Shown: positions 10,552 through 23,095, counted from the stretch's first letter. The stretch is DNA of 36,536 nt from Octopus bimaculoides (GCF_001194135.2 NC_069001.1:14224960-14261495), one strand, 5' to 3'. Notes: generated from the sequence alone by a model not told the origin. Numbers and translations: made by a program.

Positions 10552-11239
10552 CACATGTGTGTGTGTGTAAGGAGAGAGGAAGAGAGAGAGAGAGAGAAAG
10601 ATGTATTTGTACATAGTGTGTGAGCATGTGTGTGTGCGTGTGTATGCGATTGAGTGTGAGTTTATGTGTGTGTGTGTGCATGTCTACCTGTGTGTGCGTG
10701 TGTATGTGTGTGGCGAAGGATGCTGATTTCTGTAGCCGAAATGCACACACACACAAACACACACGCACACGCACGCACACGCATGTACGCGCGCAATCAA
10801 ACTTTGACGAAGATGGAAGAGCAGAAAACAGAGAAATGACAATAAAAACAAATATAAAACAATAGAACCAAAAAAAAAAAAAAAGAAAACAAATGATAAA
10901 ATCAACAGCAACAACAACAGCAGAAACAACACAAAATCCGAGTGGGGCGGATGTAACATGAGAACTAAAAGTCTGTTCTGTTGGACTGTTCACTTTGAAA
11001 GCCACAAAGGAACATCGTGAACCATCGCGGGTACTTTTTGGTTATCTCACCCCCATTAAAATATTGGGTTATCTCCCCACGTTTTATGAAAAATATCGGT
11101 ACTTTTCGTTATCTCCATCAACTAAAAAAACCGTTTAGCCCTTAATAAAACAAAAAACAAAAAAAGTGAAACGATGAAACCTCGTATTGAATCTGATAAT
11201 ATTTTTGTAACAAATCATACAAAACTGAAAAAATTAATA

Positions 11240-11410
11240 AACACGAAAACTGAAATAATTAAACATTATTTACAGTATTTACATTTGACGGATATTTGTT
11301 CTCATCTTGTTTGTTGTTGACACATCGTTTCGGCTGATATACCCTCCAGCCTTCATCATGTCTCTTTGGGAAATATCGAACCTGGATTCTCATTCCTAAG
11401 GTATTTTTCG
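11240..11410 (-). mobile_element. Penelope pseudo-LTR-like repeat carrying a hammerhead motif
   Basis: Contains the motif at 11319-11363 within a non-coding repeat-like segment. Confidence 0.55.
11319..11363 (-). ncRNA. Minimal type I hammerhead motif, slightly decayed
   Basis: GAGAC-ATGATGA-A-GGCTG(GAGGGTATAT)CAGCC-GAAAC-GA-T-GTGTC: 5-bp stem II, intact GAAAC; C3 and U16.1 altered. Confidence 0.6.
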
Positions 11411-11449
11411 ATGTCATAGTGACGAAATGTATTTGCTTATACATTAGCT

Positions 11450-11649
11450 CACCTGTCACTCCATCAAATCGACGTTACCTGAACAGGTGCACACAGGTGT
11501 AACCATACCTCAGGTATTGAAGTGATTGCAGAGCAACGCGAGATGAAGTGTTTTTGTCCAAGAACACAACGCACCTCTCGGTCTAGGAATTGAAACCACG
11601 ATCTCGCGATCGTGAGTGCAACACCCTAACCACTAGGCAGCGCATCCAC
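11450..11649 (-). mobile_element. SINE family D copy
   Basis: GAGCAACGCGAGATGAAGTGTTTTT..CAAGAACACAACGC...GAAACCACGATC...CCTAACCACTAG matches 7570-7695 and 16190-16300. Confidence 0.8.
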
Positions 11650-12027
11650 AATAATAATAATGATGATGATGATGATGATGACAATGACAAATGAGAATTT
11701 GTGTGCTACCCTACTCTCAGCTCCGTTACAGAGTGATGATTGACAGGGTTAGTGAGTGAGGAAGACAATAGTTTAAGGAGTGGACGAGAAACGAGGAGAA
11801 ATACAGATTGAGAGGGTAAAAAGGAATAGAATAAAAGATAAAGTNNNNNNNNNNNNNNNNNNNNNNNNNNNNNNNNNNNNNNNNNNNNNNNNNNNNNNNG
11901 GGGGGGGGGAGAGAAGCAGAGTGTGAGAGAGGCAGTGTGAGAGAGAGGACAATGAGGTAGGGGCAGAGAAGTCTGAGAGAGAGAGAGAGAGGGAAAACGG
12001 GAAAGACACACACATGCACACACGCAT

Positions 12028-12074
<47 letters not shown>

Positions 12075-12109
12075 TGTAGGTATAAGCAAGATAAATTGAA
12101 ACGCAATAT

Positions 12110-12433
12110 ATGACTATATAAGGTCCGTAAGGTATTTGAGGAAATACCTTTTTTGGGACATTGCTGCATTTTTTTGTTAACTCTGTATGATCTTTGTTTC
12201 AGAAAATAATAATGGCAGACCCTCAGCTTACTCAAGAAATGAAGAGGCATGCTATTATTGTGGTTATAAATGCCGAGTAGAGCAATTTAGAAATATCTCG
12301 ATTTTTTAAATTTGCCAGATCTTTCGTCTACAAAGTTTGTAAGGAGCTTGAGACTGAGGATGGAAACGTATCACCAGTATCAAAGCATAAAAAGCATTCG
12401 AAACGCTTTGAAATCATCAGAACACCTGAATTT
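12110..12433 (+). mobile_element. Tc1/mariner (maT-like) transposase N-terminal fossil
   Basis: ATG at 12212: MADPQLTQEMKRHAIIV...LEISRFFKFARSFVYKVCKELETEDGNVSPVSKHKKHSKRFEIIRTPEF, an HTH-like N-terminus; catalytic domain absent. Confidence 0.6.
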
Positions 12434-12589
12434 ACCCATATATAATATGTATATTTATATGTATGTATGTATGTTTACGTTGACTTATTCAGCATGTTGG
12501 GTAAGTTGATAGGCGAAACTTCAATTCCCACGTAACATTCGAAATTTAAAATGAATTCGTCCCCACTTTGTGGATTAGCTTTTCGGTTG

Positions 12590-12722
12590 GTGCATGTAAG
12601 ATCGTGACTTTGATTCCTAGACAGGCGGTATGTTATGCTTTTGAGCAAAACACTTCATTTTACGTTGCTCCAGTCCACTCAACTGTAAAAAGATAATCAT
12701 CCAACCGACTGGCGTTCCTTTC
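12590..12722 (+). mobile_element. SINE family D, degenerate copy
   Basis: TTGAGCAAAACACTTCATTTTACGTTGCTCCAGTCCACTCAACTGTAAAAA CORE-like block. Confidence 0.75.
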
Positions 12723-13062
12723 TTACAGACAGACACTATATATATATATATATATATATACATACACACACATACATATATGTAGATGAGTGTGTTTATG
12801 TCTATGACCCTGTGTAAATATATGTATGTATTATACATATCTGTCTATCTGTATGTATGTATGTATGTATGTATGTATGTATGTATATATATATATATAT
12901 ATATGCATTTTTGAGTATGCATACATACACGCGTGCACACACACATACACACATATATAGAGAAAGAAAATGAGAGAGAGAGAGGCAGACACTTGATAGA
13001 GTGTGTGTGTGAGAGAGAGAGTATGGGAGACAGCAAAAGAAAGGGTGGCATACAGAGGGAGA

Positions 13063-13111
<49 letters not shown>

Positions 13112-13524
13112 CTAGAGAGTGAGAAATGATGTAAATGAAAAGGAAGGATTGTTCCGGAAGTCGAATGCGAATAAAGACGTGAATCTCACCATAAAATGGA
13201 TTCCATACATGTCAGACATTGTGAAGTGATAGATGTGTCTCCACTGTTTCACTAGCATCTCTACATAGTGTACGGAGTCACCCGGAACACACTTTCACAC
13301 CGACTGACATAATCGGGGTTCGGTCTTAACTGATGGATGAAGGATGAAGGGTGGTTGAGGGCGGAGCTGGAGTGGTATTCGGGTGAGGTCGAGGGGTAGG
13401 AAGGCTTTATGAGTCGGTCTTTCATTTGTCTGCTTTCTTCTCCCTCCAATATTTCATATAAGGTATATCGGTAAAAGTAGGTGAGAGATGAAAGAATGGC
13501 GTGTTCAAATCTTCATATATCCGC

Positions 13525-13565
<41 letters not shown>

Positions 13566-13567
<2 letters not shown>

Positions 13568-13866
13568 CCTGGAAATAGAGGTAACTCGAATGTCAAATCT
13601 AAAAACAGAAACAATTCCTATCATAGTAGGTGCCTTAGGTATAATAAAAAAATATTTAGACAAATACATAACAAAAACACCAGGACTTACAAATATATAT
13701 AACATACAGAAAATTGCACTACTGGGCACTGCACACATCCTACGCAAAACACTTTCAATACAGTAACCATAAGAGCATCACAGCAAACCACAGCACATAC
13801 CCAAGGCACACAGAGCTGCGCTCGGTAGTGAAGTGAAAGCACGTTATAAAAATAAAACTACTGAAC
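13566..13866 (+). mobile_element. R4/Dong-like RLE non-LTR retrotransposon, 5'-truncated copy 1
   Basis: DLEIEVTRM..TIPIIVGALG...IQKIALLGTAHILRKTLSIQ* (stop at 13766) plus 3' UTR; flanked by (AAT)n on both sides. Confidence 0.8.
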
Positions 13867-13896
13867 AATAATAATAATAATAATAATAATAATAAT

Positions 13897-14647
13897 CGAG
13901 AGCACTATAGTAGCAGCGCAAGACCAAGCTTTGGCCACGAACTGGAGAGTAAACCTTAGGAATGAGCACATGTCTCTGCTGTGCTACATCTGCAAGAGAG
14001 TGGATGAAACCATTGCCCATTTCACGAACGAATGCCCTCGGGTTGCCCAAACCATTACAAGGTGTGGTGACACGATCAGGTAGCGAAAGTGCTACATTGG
14101 AAACTGTGTGAAAAGTGGGGTCTAGAGAGAGGCAAGACGTGGTATGAGCACAAACTGCTGAGAGCGGCGGAGTCGGAGACTAGCAAGATCATTTGGGATT
14201 TCCTAATCCAAACAGATCAGTTGCTAAAGCATAACAGACCGGATCTAGTGGTGGTGGACAAGATGCACCACATACGCTATATAGCTGATGTTGCATGGCC
14301 CTTTGCCCCACGAATAGTCAAGAAGGAAGGCGCAAAGATAGATAAATATAACCCTCTTAAGTACGAAATAGACAGGCTATAGAAAATGAAGAAGGCGAAG
14401 ATAGTGTCAATTATTGTTGGGGCCTTGGGAACAGTATCAGAAAGCATCAAGGGGAATATAAAGGAAATTGGAATAGAGTGCCCAGTAGAACTGTTACAAA
14501 AGGTTTGCTTCGTTGGCACGGCCAGAATAACCAGGAAAGTATTAGATAGCTGAAAAGAATGGATAGCATGGTACCGTAGGTTGCAGGCAGTAGGCCCACT
14601 ACGCATGTAAGACTCAAGGAGCTCTAACAAAACCTGTGATAAACAGA
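13897..14647 (+). mobile_element. R4/Dong-like RLE non-LTR retrotransposon, 5'-truncated copy 2
   Basis: AAQDQAL; CCHC knuckle CYICKRVDETIAHFTNEC (13982-14035); WDFLIQTD..HNRPDLVVVDK..IADVA endonuclease motif; IIVGALG, GTARITRKVL; flanked by (AAT)n. Confidence 0.88.
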
Positions 14648-14675
14648 AATAATAATAATAATCATAATAATAATA

Positions 14676-14977
14676 CAGGATTGTGGTCTACAAGGAGAGG
14701 AAATACGAAGGTTGTGGTCAATGAGGAAAGTAGAACTGATACCAATAGTAATTGGTGCACTTGAAAGTATCAGCGCCCGACTACCAACGTGGCTGAAGAA
14801 GATCGGTGCAAGTGTGAAGGTAGAACACCTACAAAAATCAGCATTGCTTGGAACTGCAAAAGTTCTTCGCAGGGTCCTTGAAGCATGACCAGTAAACAAG
14901 TGTCACGTTAGTCTGCTGGCTGTGGACAGCTGACTCTTTCCACCATACTCGGCAAAATAAGCTGTGTGTTTTCATCA
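14676..14977 (+). mobile_element. R4/Dong-like RLE non-LTR retrotransposon, 5'-truncated copy 3
   Basis: EEIRRLWSMRKVELIPIVIGAL...LQKSALLGTAKVLRRVLEA* (stop at 14886-14888) plus its own 3' UTR; flanked by (AAT)n. Confidence 0.8.
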
Positions 14978-15018
<41 letters not shown>

Positions 15019-15028
15019 TAATAATAAT

Positions 15029-15175
15029 CCTTTACACCATAGACACAAGGTCTGAAATTTGAGGGGATGGTACAAGTCGATTACATCTACCTCTGTGCGT
15101 AACTGGTACTTATTTCACCGACACCAAAAGGATAAAAGTAAAAATCAACAACGGCGGAAACGCAGTTTAGTATTA
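15029..15175 (-). mobile_element. SINE family B 3' part with (ATT)n tail, cut by a gap
   Basis: Minus strand: TTTTATCCTTTTGGTGTCGGTGAAATAAGTACCAGTT...GATGTAATCGACTTG...AATTTCAGACCTTGTG...AAGGATTATTAT. Confidence 0.7.
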
Positions 15176-15746
15176 NNNNNNNNNNNNNNNNNNNNNNNNN
15201 NNNNNNNNNNNNNNNNNNNNNNNNNNNNNNNNNNNNNNNNNNNNNNNNNNNNNNNNNNNNNNNNNNNNNNNNNNNNNNNNNNNNNNNNNNNNNNNNNNNN
15301 NNNNNNNNNNNNNNNNNNNNNNNNNNNNNNNNNNNNNNNNNNNNNNNNNNNNNNNNNNNNNNNNNNNNNNNNNNNNNNNNNNNNNNNNNNNNNNNNNNNN
15401 NNNNNNNNNNNNNNNNNNNNNNNNNNNNNNNNNNNNNNNNNNNNNNNNNNNNNNNNNNNNNNNNNNNNNNNNNNNNNNNNNNNNNNNNNNNNNNNNNNNN
15501 NNNNNNNNNNNNNNNNNNNNNNNNNNNNNNNNNNNNNNNNNNNNNNNNNNNNNNNNNNNNNNNNNNNNNNNNNNNNNNNNNNNNNNNNNNNNNNNNNNNN
15601 NNNNNNNNNNNNNNNNNNNNNNNNNNNNNNNNNNNNNNNNNNNNNNNNNNNNNNNNNNNNNNNNNNNNNNNNNNNNNNNNNNNNNNNNNNNNNNNNNNNN
15701 NNNNNNNNNNNNNNNNNNNNNNNNNNNNNNNNNNNNNNNNNNNNNN

Positions 15747-15993
15747 TTCAGCGTGACACAGTGTGACAAGGCTGACCCTTTGAATTACAGGCACAACAGA
15801 AACAGGAAGTAAGAATGAGAGAAAGTTGTGGTGAAAGAGTACAGCAGGGTTCGCCACCATCCCCTGCCGGAGCCTCGTGGAACTTTAGGTGTTTTCGCTC
15901 AATAAACACTCACAACACCCGGTCTGGGAATCGAAACCGCGATCCTATGACCGCGAGTCTGCTCCCCTAACCACTGGGCCATTGCGCCTCCAC
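15747..15993 (-). mobile_element. SINE family A, 5' part
   Basis: Near-identical to 33290-33536; tRNA-like head with A-box TGGCCCAGTGG and B-box GGTTTCGATTCCC. Confidence 0.9.
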
Positions 15994-16114
15994 GGTTTCA
16001 ATATAATATATACTTTTCACTAAGTGACAGACTCTCCCCGACGAAGATAGCATATGAGTGTTCAGCCTTTGCCGAACGACCTGCACAAATGATTCGTTTA
16101 TGTACGTACCGACA

Positions 16115-16302
16115 CATTCGGTCACTCTCTTTGTCAAATCGACGTTGCCTAAAAAGGCGCATGGTGTGTCACGCGTCAGTGATCGCGGTGCAACGTCAGA
16201 TGAAGTGTTTTGATCGAAAACACAACGCTCCGCCCGGTTTAGGATTTGAAACCACGATCTCGGGGTCGTGAGTGCAACACCCTAGCCACTAATGCACCCT
16301 CA
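16115..16302 (-). mobile_element. SINE family D copy
   Basis: GTCAAATCGACGTTGCC...GATGAAGTGTTT..AAAACACAACGC...GAAACCACGATCTCG matches 11450-11649. Confidence 0.75.
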
Positions 16303-16399
16303 CAAACGTTTCGCTAAGTAGATGAAAATATTTTCAAACTGTATGTAGAGAAAATATACAAAATCTTTTTTGAGAACAAAATTTTTCATTAAAATCTGT

Positions 16400-16759
16400 A
16401 GTAGCAGCAGCATTAGTGGTAATAGTAGTGGTAGTAGTAGTAGTAGTAGTAGCAGCAGCAGCAATTGAAGCCAGAACTACCTCCATATCTACAACCATCA
16501 GCAACTGCCACCACCAAAACCACCACCATTACTACAACCAATATCGTCACGGTTAAAATCCACTACTACTACCGCGTCTCAATCGCCAAAGCTACCACTG
16601 CAAACAACACCTATACTACCACTCCCACTTCGTTGTTCCACCACCCAAACTGTCAGCACTACTATCACCGACACTACGATTATCATCGCAACCACTATGC
16701 TACTACAGCTGCTGTTACCACCACCACCACCACCACTACTACTGCTGCTGCTACTACTG

Positions 16760-16794
<35 letters not shown>

Positions 16795-17100
16795 GAAGCA
16801 CCACCATAATTATCTATCACTACCACCACCATCTCTACCACAACCACCACCGCCACAACCACTGCCACTATCACCCCTACTAGCATTAATACAACACGAT
16901 TACCACCACCACTACCACCACCACAACTGCAATCACCACAACCACCATTATCACCACCACCACTACCACCACTACTGTCATCACCATCATCAACACCATC
17001 CTCATTACCACAACCAACACTACCACTACCATCACAGCCACCACCATCACCACCATTACCAATACCCCACCCCACCCCATCATCATCACTGTCAACATCA
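16400..17100. repeat. Long mosaic trinucleotide tract (TAG/CAC/TAC/CAT)
   Basis: Seen directly; source of the Thr-, His- and Val-rich ORFs. Confidence 0.9.
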
Positions 17101-17436
17101 TCTCTGTAAAAACATATCTGCTATAAAATCACTGAATGGCGCTATTTCCTGTAGGTTTCCGTATTTCTCATTTCATTTCAGGTGTAATTCTCGCTCGCTC
17201 GCTCACTCACTCACTCATCACTCACTCACTCACTTATTCACTCACTCACTCTCACTCATCCTCTCTGTCTTTCTCTGTATAAGTGTGAGTGTGTCGTTCT
17301 TCTGTGTGTGTGTGTGTGTGTGTATGTATGTGTGTTTATGTACATGTGTGTGCGCGTTCGTATGATAATGTATTAGCGTATACACTACATTTGCGTATTG
17401 AGTTCTGTAATTCATCGCTCCTCGGTGAATCAACAG

Positions 17437-17499
<63 letters not shown>

Positions 17500-18021
17500 T
17501 ATGTGTGCATACATGCATAAATGCATACACACATACAACTAGTCGGGAGCAAAATATGGTTGAACTTGGGATCTTGGGATCTTCATACGCCACAAATCCT
17601 CGCGATATCTGGGAGCATAAAATCTATTAGACCTTAAGATTTAAAGAATGGTGGTTAAAACCAGATACTTTCCTTCACAATCTTGCTACCAATTTGGTGA
17701 GCGGTCAAAAATTACTCTAAGTTAAAAAGAGAACGAGAACAACCATCCAACCATACACAGATATGTATTACATACACACTTATATGCGTACACATATACA
17801 TACAAAAGTTGACTACACTAAGAAAGACGGGTCAGAGTAAATACTGGAGAAACATAAAAACTAAAACACCCATCATGTTATAGCTATGCGGGAACACAAA
17901 GAAAACATAAGTTCTGTTGTGGCAATCAGCTACATTCTGGACACCAATGTAATTAGAATCATACAAGAGAAATAAACATATATATCACAGACAAAAGCAG
18001 TATTCTTAAGGTAATTAAGCA

Positions 18022-18087
<66 letters not shown>

Positions 18088-18110
18088 ATGGATGTTCTCT
18101 TACGCATAAA

Positions 18111-18340
18111 TAAGACAGCAAGCTGGCAGAATCGTTGGCAACGAGGGCAAAATGCTTAGCAGCATTTCGTCCGTCTTTACATTCTGAGTTCATATTCCGT
18201 CGAAGTCGACTTTGCCTTACATCCCTTTCAGGGTCGATAAATTCAGTACCATTTGAGTAATGGGGGTTAATATAATCGTCTTGCACCCTCATTCGACCTT
18301 GCTGGTCTTGAGCCAGAATTCCAAAATTTGAAACCAATAT
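18111..18340 (+). mobile_element. SINE family B copy
   Basis: AGCAAGCTGGCAGAATCGTT head, CTGAGTTCATATTCC B-box, GTCGACTTTGCC...GGGTCGATAAATTCAGTACC body. Confidence 0.85.
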
Positions 18341-18584
18341 TAAGCGTAAATGTAAACGTGAGAATTTCTTTGTATATTATATATTTATATGTGTGTCTTT
18401 CGGTGCGAGGGTTTGTGCGTTAGTGTATGAATCCGTGTTCTTGTGTTTGTATGGTTATATGCTTATGCGCGCAGGATTCTGAGCATGTTTATGTGTGCCT
18501 ATGTGCGCAGGTATGTGTGTGTTCGTGTTGGAGTTGTTTTGTTCATTGATATGAAACAAAATGTCTGAAAAAAAAAATTGTAAT

Positions 18585-18975
18585 AGATGCTACACTACCG
18601 CCACTGACGATTGCACCGCCACCATCAACGTTACCACCCCCGTCAGTACCAACACCAGTATCGTCGCCACCATCACCGTACCCACCACCGCCGCCACCAC
18701 CACCATCACCACTGCCATCGTTAATACCACTAACCACCACCACCACCACCACCACAACCACAACCAACACCACCACCACCATCATCATCATCACCCTACA
18801 ACCATCGTCATCATGATCACCACCGTTTCCGTTACCACCAGCACCACAAATACTACCACCACCACCACCACCACCAATACCACTACGACCACCACCGTCA
18901 TCATCACTATTACCATTATCACTACCGCCCTCATCACAATCAGACTAACACCACGACCGCACCTACCACCGCTAA
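18585..18975. repeat. Mosaic (CAC/CAT)n low-complexity tract
   Basis: Seen directly. Confidence 0.9.
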
Positions 18976-19397
18976 CCTCAATATTCCTGTAGCCACTTCG
19001 TCTATATACATTTATGCATTTTTCTCTATTTTTCACACTTCTGCATTTTAAAATTATTCCCCACCAACGTCCAAATTTCCGTTCTCTTTCTATCTATCTA
19101 TCTATGTAGCGATCCGTCTGTCTATCTATCTGCTTATCTCTCTAAATCTATTTATCTATCTATCTATCTATCTAGATGTATCTATCTATCTACATCTATC
19201 TATTTGTCTGTCTGTCTCTGTCTGTATTGTATATATGTATATAAATACATATATGTTGACAAACAGAGGCATAAGCATATACATACGTACGTACATACAT
19301 GCATACATACATACATACATACAGACAGACAGACAGACAGACGTACACACGAGTATGTTCGCACGTATGTTTGCATGCATATCTATGCGCATTTATA

Positions 19398-19461
<64 letters not shown>

Positions 19462-20394
19462 CTTGTGTGTGTGTACGTGTAGGCGTGCTCCTGCGCGTTA
19501 TGCAATATTTTTCGCTGCCGTATTTTCGAAACTAAACTTTTCAAAAGACCCCCTAAAACGGTTACAATCTTTCTGCCAATATTCACAGATAAATTCATTT
19601 GACTGAAGTCTGCGAGAGAAAGGAAAGACCGAACAAACGAACGAATGAAAGAAAGAAAGATGGAAAGAAAGAAATAAGGATAGAAATAAAGGAAGAATAA
19701 AAGAAAGAAGACAGAGAACCGAAAACAACAACAGCAACAAAATCAAGAACAAAACATAGCACTTGTCATATCTGGTTTCTTCGATTTGTTTTTTATCCCA
19801 CCTTTAAGCACACACCCTGTCTTACTCACCCTTATCTCATACCCCATTAACACCTCTCTTACTTACTAACTCGGCGCCATTTTCCTTTTTCTTTCTATGT
19901 CTTCGCGGGGATTCTTCTTTCTCTTAATTTGTATCATTCTCTATTAGTTTGTTTTTGTTTTCCTTTTTGTTTTGTCAGCTTAACCCTTTTCTTTCTGCCG
20001 TTTCACACGACAACTCGCCAGCTTTGGTACCGCTTATTGGATTAGCAAGGATTCTTCACCGATACATACCTGCTCTCACTTCTCTTAACAAATATCTTAA
20101 CACAACTCACAAACATGGCTGCCATTTCGCCGTCGTAGTTTGCTGTCGGTTTATTCAATTTATTTATTTTTATTTATTTATTCATTTATTCGTTTCCTTG
20201 TCTGTATTTGTTTATCTATTCAGTTTTTCGGAGAGAGTCTCCAACGTCATTAAGCCTTTATTAACGCTTAGCTTGTCACTTTCTCTCACTTTCCCTTTTG
20301 TCACTGTTCTATCTGGCTGTATGTTCATCTGCTTGTCTGCCTGTCTGTCTGCCTGTGTCTCTCACTCTCCTTGTCTGTTTGCCTGCCTGCCTGC

Positions 20395-20452
<58 letters not shown>

Positions 20453-20587
20453 CTGTCTATCTATCTATATATCTATCTATGTCAATCTCAACATGTATAT
20501 GTATATATATTTATATAACTTGTACATATATTTAGTGTATATAGATAGACAGATATAATATATGTAATACATAAACACACACAAATA

Positions 20588-20703
20588 TGTTTGTTCCCCC
20601 ACGATTACTTGACAGCCGATGTCGGTGTGCTTACATCCCGTAATCTAGCGGCTCTGCAAAAGACTCCAGCATGGCGCAGTCAAATGATAGAAACAAGTAA
20701 ATG
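20588..20703 (+). mobile_element. SINE family C, 3' half with internal deletion
   Basis: CTTGACAGCCGATGTCGGTGTG...TAGCGG..GCAAAAGA|CTCCAGCATGGCGCAGTCAAATGA. Confidence 0.7.
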
Positions 20704-20706
20704 TTC

Positions 20707-20748
<42 letters not shown>

Positions 20749-21797
20749 ACAAGTAATGTTCGTAGCCATTTCAACATGGCTGTTCCGTTCGAACGGAGTT
20801 TACTGTGATTTTTAAACCCCACCAAGAGGACATCTGTAATTGGTTAACGATGCACAGCTGCATCNNNNNNNNNNNNNNNNNNNNNNNNNNNNNNNNNNNN
20901 NNNNNNNNNNNNNNNNNNNNNNNNNNNNNNNNNNNNNNNNNNNNNNNNNNNNNNNNNNNNNNNNNNNNNNNNNNNNNNNNNNNNNNNNNNNNNNNNNNNN
21001 NNNNNNNNNNNNNNNNNNNNNNNNNNNNNNNNNNNNNNNNNNNNNNNNNNNNNNNNNNNNNNNNNNNNNNNNNNNNNNNNNNNNNNNNNNNNNNNNNNNN
21101 NNNNNNNNNNNNNNNNNNNNNNNNNNNNNNNNNNNNNNNNNNNNNNNNNNNNNNNNNNNNNNNNNNNNNNNNNNNNNNNNNNNNNNNNNNNNNNNNNNNN
21201 NNNNNNNNNNNNNNNNNNNNNNNNNNNNNNNNNNNNNNNNNNNNNNNNNNNNNNNNNNNNNNNNNNNNNNNNNNNNNNNNNNNNNNNNNNNNNNNNNNNN
21301 NNNNNNNNNNNNNNNNNNNNNNNNNNNNNNNNNNNNNNNNNNNNNNNNNNNNNNNNNNNNNNNNNNNNNNNNNNNNNNNNNNNNNNNNNNNNNNNNNNNN
21401 NNNNNNNNNNNNNNNNNNNNNNNNNNNNNNNNNNNNNNNNNNNNNNNNNNNNNNNNNNNNNNNNNNNNNNNNNNNNNNNNNNNNNNNNNNNNNNNNNNNN
21501 NNNNNNNNNNNNNNNNNNNNNNNNNNNNNNNNNNNNNNNNNNNNNNNNNNNNNNNNNNNNNNNNNNNNNNNNNNNNNNNNNNNNNNNNNNNNNNNNNNNN
21601 NNNNNNNNNNNNNNNNNNNNNNNNNNNNNNNNNNNNNNNNNNNNNNNNNNNNNNNNNNNNNNNNNNNNNNNNNNNNNNNNNNNNNNNNNNNNNNNNNNNN
21701 NNNNNNNNNNNNNNNNNNNNNNNNNNNNNNNNNNNNNNNNNNNNNNNNNNNNNNNNNNNNNNNNNNNNNNNNNNNNNNNNNNNNNNNNNNNNNNNNN

Positions 21798-22976
21798 TTT
21801 TCATTCCAGGCGCTATTATATTAAACATTTTATTAAACGAAGAGTAGCCATGCCACGCACAAAAAAATTCAGCAGAACCGTCAGATTTTCAAAGAGGTCG
21901 TATTGTTGGGCAATCTGAGGTTGGTCTTAGCCAGCGAAAAATTGCCGAAAATCTTAAAATTCCTCTTGCTACTGTAAATAGAATTATATAGTGCAATTCA
22001 AAAGCCAAGGAAAAGAATCAACAGATTCTCGTCCCGGCCGACCTGGGCCCTCAGAAAGGAAGTTCGCTGTTTGAAGAGAATTGTGGAAAACGAACCCCGT
22101 TCGAAGGCTTCTAAGATTGGAAAACAGCTAGAAGTTAGTCCAAGATCGTGTGTCACATATCTGCATAAGCTTGGGTATTATGGACGAGCAGTTACAAGAA
22201 AACCTCTCCTTCAACCAATTAATATCTTGAAAAGAAAGAAATGTGCTAAGGAGATGTCAGAAAAATCCAGTTCATTTTGAGATAGAGTGATTTTCTCAGA
22301 TGAATCCAGATTTGCATTATTTTCAGACAGTGGATGTGTTTGGGTCTGGAGGCTTCCCAGTCAAGAATTTGATTTGAAACGACTCCAACCAACTGTGAAA
22401 CATGGCAGTATCTCGGTAATGGTATGGGAAGCTGTCACCAGCAATGGTCGTTCTGAGCTGATCGAATGTTTTGGTACCAAGAACTCTGAAAAATACATCG
22501 AAATACTAAAGCAAGGACTACTTTCGATGTATTCACACGATAACATAACGAAAAATGAGTTTTTAATTATGGAAGATGGGGCTCCATGCCACACAGCGTA
22601 AAGGAATCGACAATGGCTGACTGAAAATGAGATCAAAAAGCTTCCTTGACCGAGCCAATCGCCTGACAGGAACTCAATTGAAAATGTTTGGAGCATACTA
22701 GATAGAGCTATTCGAAAAACTCGACAGAAACCTAAATCTAAAGATGAATAGTTTCGATTGTTGCGTGAAAGGTGGGCAGAAATTCAACAAGAGACAATCA
22801 CAAAGTTCATCAGTTCAATGCCAAAAAGAGTTTCTGAATTAAAAACTGCAAAGGGAATGTCAACTAAATACTAAAGTATGTAGTCCTACCTATCGATTAT
22901 ATTTCAATTGTCCGCTTTGCGTATTAAATAAAAGGTTTTGAAAATTAAAGGTGTCTATTTACTTCCTGCATGTCTG
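21798..22976 (+). mobile_element. Tc1-family DD34E transposon fossil (ORF 21850-22874, disrupted); left end in gap
   Basis: [34 protein letters not shown] followed by exactly 34 codons to IENVW, C-terminal KGMSTKY*; probable right TIR ...GGTGTCTATTTACTTCCTGCATGTCTG. Several stops and frameshifts. Confidence 0.92.
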
Positions 22977-23026
<50 letters not shown>

Positions 23027-23095
23027 ATAATAAGGAAAGGAAAAATAGAAATGTAGACGTTACTTTATTCCAAGTTGGTATATTTATCCAATAAA

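Noticed and set aside
12354-12370. CTGAGGA-TG-GAAACGTA hammerhead-like string
   Set aside because: There is no stem II and it lies inside transposase codons (TEDGNV); it shows that chance matches occur
13261-13449. Non-repetitive 62-aa minus-strand ORF
   Set aside because: No recognisable domain or exon context
16465-18992. Thr-, His-, Val- and Gly-rich ORFs resembling mucins or low-complexity proteins
   Set aside because: All frames on both strands are open because of mosaic trinucleotide repeats
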